DNA of 64,000 bases from Diplonema japonicum (Eukaryota; Protista; Euglenozoa: Diplonemea): assembly GCA_964019335.1 (NCBI GenBank), contig OZ025657.1:767852-831851 (forward strand), in the 5' to 3' direction. The notes beneath the pieces were generated by a model that saw only the letters and a program-made list of their open reading frames with translations, did no database searches and had not been told where the DNA came from. Below, piece by piece: positions 15,001 through 27,000 of the stretch; position 1 is the stretch's first letter; each line of letters starts with the position of its first letter. The position numbers and the translations under genes are program-made.

Positions 15001-18000
15001 CGGTAGACGCAAGCGGGCAGGTAACGGGAGACTCGTGTAACATGGAAGTGAAGGCGGACCAGGTTACATGCAAGGCAGGAGTACTGGAGACTAGGGTCGG
15101 AGAGCGCTTTGACCTGTGGTCGTGGATTAACCCCGTGTCAGGGCAGACGTTGCAGAGCGATATCAACATCACAGTGTTTGATGAGAGTGGCGACCTAGTT
15201 GCAGATCCGCAGGATGGGGTGAACGGCGTGATGCGCGGAAACTTCACGCGTTTCGTGATGCCGATCGATAAAATGGCGGTCCCGAACACGCGGGATGAGG
15301 CTGTGTGGTTCAACGGTCTCTACTACCAGAGCAACATCCCGCGGACAAAGGGGTCTGTGACGCGTAGGATCAAGATCCAGTCGACCTACGCGCAAGAGTG
15401 CACGGTGACGGTGAAGGTGTGGCCAGGAAGGTCAAAGACCTGCGCTCTGACACCTCCGCAGAGGTCATGCTTCTCAGCAGGCGAGCCTTTCAACGCAAAG
15501 ATAGAGGTGCGGGACGAGGTTGGGAACCCAGTGGCGAAAGACCGCGTGAGGTGCCTGGTGCGCCATGCTGGAGCGTCATGCCCTGCACCGTTGAAGCTTG
15601 TAGGAGCGGTTCCCCAGAGCGCGGGCGAACTGGCGTCGTTGAAGAGGCTGTTCAACGAAAATGAACGCTCCGAGATGCTGCGTCTTGGGGTGATGACAAG
15701 AAGGAGGAGCGGTGTGCTGGAGCTGTTTGCCGAAGACACGCTGCAATACATCGGCGACCTGAGCCCGTTTGGAGCCGGCGGGATTGCCTGGTCTGGTGGA
15801 GTGCCACCTGCAGATATGGCGGTGCTGGCACAGCAGGTGCAGAACGGAGAGATGTGTATCGCATTGAGCAAATCGGTGCAGTTTACGCCGAGCCCGTCAG
15901 CGGCAGTGACTTTCAAATACGAATGGAAGGTTGTGGATTGCGGCACTCTCACAGAGAGCGTCTGCTCGGACGTTGCGGCGGGTGCTGATTGCAATGGAGC
16001 GGCCTCCACAATGTCTGTGGCGAGAATGTCGCTTGTCGGCTCTGTGATCGGAGAAGGCGGGGAGGACGAGATCGATGGAGAGACGATGATCCCTGCTGAC
16101 TCCGGTCTCATGGAGTTTGTTGGGCTGTCGTACACTCGCGCAGCCAGGAGCAGACAGTTCTCCGTGACGGTGGCAGGGCCAACCGGGGAAGATTTGCCAG
16201 AGTGTTCAGACGTGCAGTTCATCTTAGACGTGTCACCGGCACTGCCACGCGAGCTCTCGTCAGAGATCTGGGCAGATGAGGAAGTTGCCCCAGGGGTAGT
16301 ATGCATGAGCTGCAGCCCGCACGATGAGTTCACCATCAGAGTACGAGCTCTCGATGAGTACGGGAACCATGCTGGTAGCTGGGAGTGTCCGGCACCACAC
16401 AATCTGGATGTGAGGCGGAAGGTCGGGAGGCTGAACCTGCAGGTTGTGGAAGGGACTGGCAGGTTGGTAACGAGGAACGGGAGGAGGCACCGTGGAGCGT
16501 GGCCCGGGTACAAGTTGCACCAGGGAACTGTCGAATTCCGTGGGTTGCGCTACACGAGGGCCGAGGTGGCGACCTTCCACGTAAATCCGAGGCAATGGGC
16601 CTCTAGTTTGGGAGATGCCCCGAGCGGACCAACGGAAAGCTTGCGCTTCCACGCATGCTATCCTTGGAGGGTAGAGTATACCCAGGTTCCAGACCTTGTG
16701 GTTGCTGGGAAGCCTTTCCGTGTAGACCTTGAGATCAAAGACAGGTACGGAAACGTGCTGACGTTTGACCCTTATGGGCTGGTGTCGAGCCGCAACCCGG
16801 TGTTCGACTTCACGTACTTACACACGATGCATAAGAACTCGCCAAGCCGCGAGGAGCTCGAGCTGGTGGATGCGTACCCCGGGGATCCAGGGCGCCACGC
16901 ATATTTGATCACACAGACGAGAATTCTGTGGGTGGTGCGTAAGGTCTTCATGGACGGCTTCGGCGACTCAGTATTGGTACTGGTACGCGTCGACCCGCGA
17001 ATGTATGCGGTCTTCAACCTGAAGCGCTCCACGATTAGGGAGAGTGGGCTGATGTGCCGCCGTTCGCGATTCAGGAACCTGCGTGACAGGGTGACCCTGA
17101 ACCTTTACCACAACGAACCGACTCAGTTGCTGCCGCCCGAGCACGACCTGCAGGTGCAATTCGACCAGCCATTTGACTTTGGGGTGCGCACTATCCAACT
17201 TGACCGATTCGACAATTTCGCCTGGGATAAGGGGTCGAGATACGGGGTCATAGGCTGCAAGATCGAAAGAAACTACATGCGTTTCGGAGACCTGACGGAC
17301 ACATTGTACGACGCACCGACCGACGACAACGCCGCGCAAGTGGAGCTACGTGTGGCAGGGACCTTGGCTACTTTCGATCCAACTTCTTTCATTGACGATT
17401 TTGCTGCTGTTGCTGGGATCGACCCTTCGGTTGTCACCATAGTCAGTGTGCAAGAAGTGACTGGTGACCCGAACGCCGTAGCATCGACGTCGTCGGGAAG
17501 GAAGCTTCAAGCAAGCCTGACGTTCCTGATCATCATTGTTGAGTGTCGTGTTCCTGGAGCGTCCAAGGTCATTTCGAACTATGTTGCCTTCACGATTGCT
17601 GTACTGGCGAAATGCGATGTGGTTACTGGGTCAGCAGAGGACTGCTGTACTCTCGGAAGAAACGGGAGGCGAGTGTGCATGGGTGGAGTGGCATGCGTAC
17701 GCAACTGTATCGTTGCAGCGCCGAAGGTGAAGCAAATTCCAGGGGTCCCAATCAACTTCCCTCCCGAGGCAACACCTGTGACTCCCCCTGTGGAACCTAA
17801 AGTTCCTTTGGACCCGCCAAGTGTGGTCCCTGAAGGGAAAGCGAACCCTCCAGTTGGTAGTCCTCCCGTCGGCGGCCCTCCAGTTGGTGGTCCCCCAGTT
17901 GGTGAACCCCCAGTTGGTGGTCCCCCAGTTGGTAGTCCCCCAGTTGGTGGTCCACCAGTTGGTGGTCCGCCAGTTGGTAGTCCCCCGGTCGGCAGTCCCC

Positions 18001-21000
18001 CAGTTGGTAGTCCCCCGGTTAGTCCACCAGTTAACCCCCCTGTGACTGCCCCCCAGAGTCCCCCTGTGAGTCCTCCAATAAGTCCTCCTGCAGATGCACC
18101 TTTCAGCCCCCCCGTGGAGTCGCCTCTCGATGCCGTAGTGGGTAATCCGGTGGACAACAGTTCGGTGCCAGAAGGTCCCGAAAGTGTACCTGTGATGACA
18201 CCAGAGGCGACGCCTGTTACAGCACCGGTGGAAAATAACGATACAACACCTTACACCCCTCCTGTGGAACCACCAACACCGCAGGAGTCTCCTGCAGACC
18301 AAGCCATCGGTGCACCTGATGAAAATGCAACGTCACCCGACGCGTCACCGCTGATGGACAACGCAACGTCACCTGATGATAATACCACTGCATCCAGCTC
18401 GGCAGCGAGGAAGCTGATGCAGTTCCAGTCACCGGCAGACATCTACTTCGCAGAGCATGAGCTTGAGCGGGGGCTGACGAACGCACTGCTGTCACCTGAC
18501 CCGGTATCCGGGGAGTACCCTGAGAAGCAGTACTTTGTGCCGCAGCTGCTCATGGGTACAAGAACTGATTTGTCAACTGCAACAGGTGCTTCACCCTATT
18601 ATGGTGGTCACGTGTGGTTCCGTGAATCCTTCACGAGAATGATGCGCGGGACATTCACATTGATGTTGACGTGCGAACGTTTGACGCCGTCGAAAGTGCG
18701 TGTGGACGACCCCGCAGCGCCAGACACGTACCGTGTGGAGACGGGGCTAATCGAAGTGGCACAGAACAAGATGGACGTGGTGAAGGCACCAGTGGAAAAT
18801 CTGTGTCGCAGGGCTGGGGATGAGTTTTCTCATACTGTCAGGCTGTTGCTCCCTTCTGGAGAGACTCCTACATCGGCACCGTTCAACGTGCATCTCATGA
18901 TTTTCTTGAGCAGCCAGTCTACGAAGATTGGGCCGTTTATGTGCGACGGGATCGTGGCGCCTGTACGTGGCGAGTTTGAGGGGACGTGCAGCATGAACAC
19001 GGCTGCAGTTCCGAACCAGCCGAGAATTGATGGTATCGCAGCAAACTACACCCCTTCAGGAGGTGGGACCGGGATGGAGCGTGCGGAAAGGTGGACCATT
19101 CCGGAAACAATCACGGAAGTAGTGATCCAGCAAGACTCAGACCCTGCCTCGGAAGGGTACACTGCCGCGACAAGCACAGTGTCGGTTACATTCATCCCTG
19201 CATGTGCCTCAGAGCTCGTAGTGTTCGACCCGCCGCCCGAAGAGATTGTGGTGCACCAGCCGTTCACGGTAGGTGTAGATCTGTACGACAAGTACGGAAA
19301 TCTGGGTGGTGACTTCACGGTGAGGATCCTTGCGTACGACGCAAGCCCCGTCGACCCCACAACCGGTCAGCTGAACACGGCAGCGAAATCCGTTCTGTTG
19401 CGTTCATCGCTCTTGGATGGCGGAAACACGTACAATGAAGCACCAACGTCTCAAGGAGTGCTGCAGTTCACAGACTTGTTTGTGGATGCAAGCTTCCTTC
19501 AGGAGTTACTCAGCAAGAGCCCCACGTCGCAAGGATACGTATGGCTTGTGGCACACGTTGTGCGCAACTCCGGCCGCGGCTGTGATGGTGCTTGCGACCC
19601 CTTCGACGGTGCTGGGGTGGCTTGCACTGCAGGAAGTGCTGTACTGTCGCAGGAGTTTGGATGCTTGTACAACGTAATGGAGCCGGTTCTAGTGACACCT
19701 GATGTGCCAGCGAACTGCGAGTTCTTAGAATTCCCAACTTTTATCGACGGAGGAATGGTGGCGGGCCCGCTGTTCGGCGAGAAGTTACGTGCACGAATCG
19801 TTGACAAGTATGGGCTGCCGATTCACGAGTCGAGCCCGCCTTTGACAGCGAACTTGGTACTCTTGCAGGGGAACTCGTTCCTAAGGAAGGGCTACAACTT
19901 TGAAGACTATGATGAGTCGAGGCAGATCACCTCATTCGAGACAGATGATGAACTCGTGCTAGAAGGCCCTTCGTCCGTGAACATACAGGGACCTGGGATG
20001 TCAGTGTTGATCTGGGCCAGGCTCACAGCGCAAGGTCGGGTAGATCAGCCGCTCTTGGTACTGGAGGGGGACGTCTCCCTGTCAGTATCGTTAGAATGGC
20101 TGACAGTGAGTGCGACAGGTTCACAGAAGTTGCAGCAGACACTGGTGGTGAGGGCAGCAGGGGTTGATGTGGTGAATGTGCCTCTGGATGCTGACAGCAT
20201 CCCAGACGATTGGGGCTTGTGGTCCACTTCGCTGACAAGGACAGGTAACTTCGGACTGGAAATTGAGATCCTTTTGAACGACTTCCCTATCTTAAAGACT
20301 ACAGTACAGTGCGGGTTTACAGACTGCTCTGGCGTTGCGGATCCGAAGCCACTGGCTTCTCTGACGAGGGTGAGGGTTGGAGCGGGCATTCGAGTCTTCG
20401 CGCTCCTGGTGACAGATCTACCAGCATTCAACCTAGTCTTTTTCGCACTCGGTGAGCACCTGCCCTTCGGAAGTGAAGGCAAGATCATGACTACTCCTAC
20501 CGGGTGGTATTCAGGGATGCCGATGGAGCTGAGTTTCGACAACCCGATCAATGCTGCAAACCGATTCACTAAGAAGTACGGCGTGGCGGAAGAATGTGAC
20601 CCCTCGTCTGAAGATGTTGTTGGCAGCACACTTGAGACAGAGCCTGTTAACTGCATCCGACAGGGGCTTGCATACGAGCTGGTATGGGAGAACGTGTGGT
20701 ATGGATTAGCGGAGACGATCGTGATTGGGATGGAAGTGCCCGGGCTTCCGACATGCATGACCCCGCCTATCATAGTGCGAGCTGGGCCACCGTACCAGCT
20801 CGCATGTAAGGATGTCGCCGAAGAAGCCACGTCTGGTGGCCCGTGGCCAAGCAGCGTGACAGTGCAGGACAGGATGGGGAACCAAGCCATGTGCTTCGGA
20901 GAGTTCACGGAATCGGATGGAACCGTGCGCGTGGTGGATTGCACACAAGGGGATGTGAAAGTGAAGGTGGCCGGATGGAACGAGTCGAAAGTACCACTGC

Positions 21001-24000
21001 TGCAACCACGATCGAAGACAACGGAAACCTTTGGGACAGACTCGGTGGCGTCGTTCGTAGTGAGGTACAACCAACCGCCACTGAACGCATTCCCATTGGG
21101 TGGTGCAAACGAGCTGACCGGAGCAGATGATGTCCCGCTGAACGGTGACGCGGGTTTCGGTGAAGACTTCTCGAGTGCAAGTGCAGACGTTGAGGGATGG
21201 GACAAAACACCAGAGACGCCCTTGGCGCCTGCGAGCTACCGAGGAGATTGGATAGCCGTGGCTGGCGGCGGGGCGACTGGTGGGCGCTATTTCACCGTGT
21301 CTGCAGCGACGGCAGATGAACCGAACCCGTTGTTCATGCGCTACCTCACAGATGGGAGAACAGACGCCAGCACGCAGTGTGCCCAAGGAGTACCCGAGTG
21401 CACACCGAAACAGGATCCAGAAACGGACGGCTGTTGTCAACTGAACGTTCCAGGGAGAGTCGTTGGCTCTGCACCGTACTCGTTGCAGTTCCGAGTGAGA
21501 GCAGAGGTAGCGGCCGACGGGGGCACTACGTCCGACAGCGCACGCGTGGAAGTAACGTACTGGAAGGGAGGATTGAGCCCCAGAGCGCTCCACACGGTCC
21601 GGCAGGTGTTGCAGGGGCCGAAATTGAGCGCGACATGGAAACAGTTCTCTGTCCCGCACACCTCGCCTGCGGGTGCTGTGTATGCATCTGTGCGGCTGTT
21701 GTGCTGGAAGAGAGACCCAAAGACAAACAAGGCAGGCAGTTTCGATGGAAAGTGTCGCATCGACTTCGACGAGGTAAACCTTGTGCGCTTGGAAGGAGAG
21801 GCTGTTTTCTTGAAGTACTCTAGCGACTTACCGAGGGACGCAGCGGGGACAGAGCAGGTGAACTCTGTGGTGTGTGGTGCAACGATGGTGGTACCGGCAG
21901 TGATACCTGTGCCTCCCCCTGGTACTCCGTGTGATCCGTCGACATGCAACAACCACGGGAGGTGCGACTCATCGTGGGTGTGTCCGCCAGACCTGACAGA
22001 CAAGTTCCCGCCATACTGCTGCTCGCGAGCGCTATCGTTCTGTTGTGGCGGTCTGATGCGCGACACAGCCGACACAGAGTTTAGAACAAAGTGTGGGAAC
22101 TTCTTCTGTAGCGGGATGGACGGCGAGGTTGAGGTTCCAAGAGCCTGCACAGACTGCCACGATGACGAGGAACGTGGCCACTGGACTGGACCGAACTGTG
22201 AGAAATGCAAAGAGGACTTCTACGGCACTCAGTGCACTGAAAGGATCTGCCCGACAAACCCGAAGAATGGGAGGGAGTGTTCAGGACACGGTCTGTGCAG
22301 AAGCGATGGGCAATGTGTGTGCTTCGGTGAGTCTGCGACAGTACCTGGGGCAGTACCCGCTCTTAGTGTGAGGGACGACTACCTTGAGCTGTCCAAGATC
22401 AGCGAAGGTCCAACAATCATTGAGCGTAACTTCGACTCGTGCGGTGCTGTGTTGGAGTACTACAGAGACCCGGTGAGGAGCTGGGGGCTTCCTGGCGACG
22501 GTGTCTTTAACTTGCTGAAGCAAGGGAGCATGTCAGCAGAGCCTTACTTCTGCCGCTTTGTGCAGGACAAAAAGTTTAATTACCACGGGGTGGCGCTGGT
22601 GGGGGGTGTCTGGAAGGGCAAAGGTAAGCTTGCTGGAAACGTTGCAGGTGCCTTAGGGTCGACGACAAGCCCTTACTCACCGCTGACTTTCTTGGGTCAA
22701 GCGTCTGGTGCTGGCTCGCGAATGTTCGAGTTCCCGGGAGTAGCCCAGGAGGGTGACGAGGTGGGCAGGAAATGGCTGCACTTCACGTTACAGGACGGAA
22801 GTGAGGCCGGTGGGGCGTTCGCTAGATTCCCACCTGGCGACTGGAACACAGTGGTGATCTCAACGAACCCGACTTTCCTCCCAGCATCCGAATGGGTCAT
22901 GCTGGACAAGAGCGAATTGACTTCAGCACTGGCTCAAGTGCTTAGTTTTGGAAACTCGATGTTGGAGGCCCGTATGATATTGAAGACTAAGGCAGGTAAT
23001 GGGCACCGCACTAATTTGAAGAGTATATGTGTGTATGCACACAGAACCTGTGCAACGTGCTCTGCAGATTTCGTTGGATTGTTCTCCAAATGTGGGCAAG
23101 GTGACTTCAGATTCTGGAAGTTGTGGTTCGGTGAGGGCGTGACACGTGTAGGACAGAAGCTCGTCGGGTCGTCCGTCCGCGTTTTCATGGGGGATAACCA
23201 ACTGGGTACGGAATTCCCGACGGACCAACAGGACTGGTCGCGCGCGGCTGCTGGAGTGCTTCCGTTGCAGGTGGGGGCTCGAGCCGGAGCAAGCATATTG
23301 ACGACAACGTCTGGGAGCTTGTCTGCACCGCGTGTCTTGGACTGGAAGGCGTGGAGCGGGAGATCCATCCTCCTTGCCGATGAGACGAGCACAGGGCCGG
23401 CCTTAGGACAAGTGGTGTTCAACACAGAAGCGACCTTCCAGGCTCTCCCGTCACCGCTTGTTGAGATCCAGGGGGTGAGAGTGCGGTTCTTTGTGGAGAA
23501 CCGTGGTGGAGTCGGCAATGATGTCCCGTTTGAGGTATCATTAAAGACAGCAGCAGGGCGTGTTATACGAGCAACGAATAATCAGAAGGGTACTGTTCTA
23601 GGTCAAGATCCGGCTACAGCATCTGTGATGACGCACGAGGTGCGGTGGGATGTAGGGTCCTCGGGGGTAACAGTAGCGGATCTGGCGGGGCTCACTGCAA
23701 AAGTTCTCTTCAGGCAGACAGCGTTCCGTGGGGGATTGGACTTCAACGGGGCAATCTTGGAAACGGAATACCAGCGCATCCCGCCGCTCGAAGTCTTCGG
23801 GTTCTCTGCTTACATGAAGATTCGGCGAGCAGATGAAACGTCGCAAATGAATGTCTTCCGAGCAAGGCACTCGACGGGCGGAGAGGTTCGCGTAGACCTG
23901 AACACCGGGGCAGACGGTGGCCCGCTCGCGTCATCCGTGCGCGTGAGGCTGGTTGACTCTACCGGGAACCAGCTGGTTGGAGTTGCATCCGGTCTCCAGA

Positions 24001-27000
24001 ACCTGTTCTCGAACAGATGGGTACGCCTCTCCGTGAACGCATCGCTTACAGATGCAACAGTGCAAGTCTTCCTTGGGAAGTCGAAACTGGAGAATGGAAA
24101 GCCAGGTCTGTCAGAACTGCCTGTGACAATGTCGCAGCAGCAGAGCCTCTTGTTGAGATCCTTCGCATGGATGGACAAGCCAATTACGTTCGGTTCCGAA
24201 AAGGAGAGGTTCACAGGGTTCTTCCGTGATCTCGTGTTGACAGTTGGGCGCGAGGAAGAGAAGCAAGTGGAGGTGAAACTCCCTCTCAACGAGGCGAACA
24301 CCTGGTCTACTCCTGAGAACTCTGTGACAAGGCAGGCAGGGGAATGGACTCTTGTATCAGTCCCACCAGAAGGAACGAGTTACGACGGAGTATCCGTGAA
24401 GGTTGTTCCTACGAACCTCGGGTTCTGGGCGGGCGACCTGTGTGAATCATGTTCACCGGGGTACCACGGTGGCTCGTGTATGGATCCTGACTGCCAGAGC
24501 AACGACGACTGCGGGATGGGATACTGCGAGCTTACAAACTCGTCGCTCTTCTACGGTCAGTGCCGCTGCCACACGAACTACGATGGTGAGTACTGCGACA
24601 GGTGCGAACCACCCCCTGTGAAGCCCGCAAGATTCGAAAACGGAACGCTCGCATGCGTCACAACAAACGGGACATGCCCCACGGTGGATCTTGTAGGGAT
24701 GACAAATGTAGGGACGCTGGACGGTGCGTGGTGCGCCCCAGGTGGAAAGTTCGAGACGGGGACATACTTCGACCCTGAGGCAGCACCGCAGGAAGTGGAT
24801 TGCACTGTGAACGGGGTGAGGATGTGCGTTCCTCCGTCAACCGTGAAGTACGACGAGTGTGGTTGCCCGACTAGCATGGCGACTGTGTGCCGAACAGGCA
24901 CTGAAGCGGAGACTTGCTGCGATCCCACACAGAAGGCGTTTGACCCTGCGGTGTCGTATGACTGCAAGGGGTACTCGAACCTGTACGTGACCTGCCCGAA
25001 GAGGAACTGCTCGGCAATGAGCGGTGCCGGACAGGAAGGGGCACCGAGGCCTACCTGCCTGCCAGCAACAGAGGGAGCACGTCAGTACCCGAAATTCTGT
25101 TTGGATCGTGCGAGTGATGGGTGTGATGGGTCTAGGATGCGCGGACACGACGAGCTGAGTGGTGCGCTATTGTTTTCCCCGGAAGCGAAGCTGATGCGCT
25201 TCTACGCAGACTGTTCCGGGGTGTGCGTAGCGACGCTAGGCGGGACGGAGATCCCGTCATCCGGTGGGAAATGCGGGCCGTGTCCCACTGTTACTCCACG
25301 AACCGGTGAGCAGGTGATGATTGACTGTAACATGACAGTACTGTCCATCCACACCCCCACGCAGCTAGTGAAGGAAGACTTCTGTGGTTGCATGTCCCCT
25401 GTTGTGCCAGTGTGCGATCCTAGGACAACTGTTGCCTGGAACACGACGAGGGACGGAACGGTGCAGTGCTTAGAACCGAATGGTCCCGATGGAGACAACT
25501 GTCCTGACTGGGTGAAGTTGTACAGACAATCGGGATACGTGGTCGATGTCGAGGCACAGGAGATCGAGATCAACTGCGGGAATTGGCCCGCGCCAGAGTT
25601 TATGGAACTCCCGTGCTCTGAAGAGGGCTATGACCCATGCCAGTGCCAACTCCCTAAATTCAAGTGTGCACCAGATACCGAGGGGTCGTGTCAAGGACTG
25701 GTGTGCCCATCGTGGGGAACGCTTCAAGAGATTGACTGCAAGGGAGGCCTCCCGCCTGTAGTGAACAAGGTTGCACCACACGTGTGCGGGTGCGAATGGC
25801 CGCCTGACGCAGTCTGCAAACCGGGCACATCGGCGAAAGAGAAGAGTCTGTGCCCAGAAGACAGTGAAATTGGTGGTGTGGATGTTGTGGACTGCATGGG
25901 CAAGCCATTAGTGGATTCTGCACAGTGGAAACCGGGGATGAGCAGGTGGTCTCTTACAAGAGGATGCAAAACTTGTGACACAGATGCGAGGCCCTCAAAG
26001 CAGTGCATGGAGGGGACGCAGTGCCCGCTTGTGAGGTCCTGTCCGCCTGGGACAGACAAGGCCCCTGGCAGCGAGATCACTTGTGCACCTGTGCAGTGGG
26101 AGGACATCGAGTGTGGGGACCAAGGGCTACCTCCGATGCAGAAACCAGACCGCGAGGAGTGCTGGTGCGAGCCGACTCCGCAGTATCGCTGCATCGGATT
26201 AACCGGCTGCTACGGAAACGCTACGAGATGTCACCCCTATGTTTGCGGGCGGGCGCGTCTTGTTTCTCCCGTCCCTACGGATGAGTGCAGAACATCGTGC
26301 TTCTCCGACAGCCACTGCTCTGAAGGGTATGTGTGTTTGGACAAGGTCTGCAAGCCGGAAGGGACATCAGCACCTCCTCTTGGAGGGTGCAAGGCTGACC
26401 CAACAATCTGCGAACCATACGCGTGCGACTTGGTAACCTCAACGTGCGTCACAGAGTGCTGGACGGACAAACATTGTCTTGGAGGAGACCAGAGCAAGAA
26501 GCAGAGCGCCTACCGCTGCTCGTTCCCGACTCTGAGCGGGCTTCCACAGATCCCGAAGTACCAGCTCCTCGGTGGCGGTGAGGCTGTAGGTAGAGAAATG
26601 CCTGGGAACCTATGTGGTTCGACAGGAACCGGGAGCGGAGGTGGTCAAGCAGAGCCCGGGAGGTGCGTGTGGGTAGAGTACGATCCCTCGCAGTGCTACG
26701 ACCAGCAATCCTGTTTCCCCTATGCATGCGGGAAAAACAACACACAAGTACTGTTTTCACATGCAGTATGCAGGATTTCTTGCGGGAATGACGCACACTG
26801 CCATCACAAAGCGCACTGTGACAAGACGGGGCAATGTGTGGCCGGTGCTCCTAGCGCCCCTGTCAGTTGCAGTACAAAGGACTACGACTACTGCAACCCA
26901 TACGTGTGCGGGAAGCACATTGCGTTGGCGCCCCTGCCAACGGCGACCTGCCGTAAGGACTGCGAGTCAGATGGTCACTGTCAGCACTTCCACACGTGCC

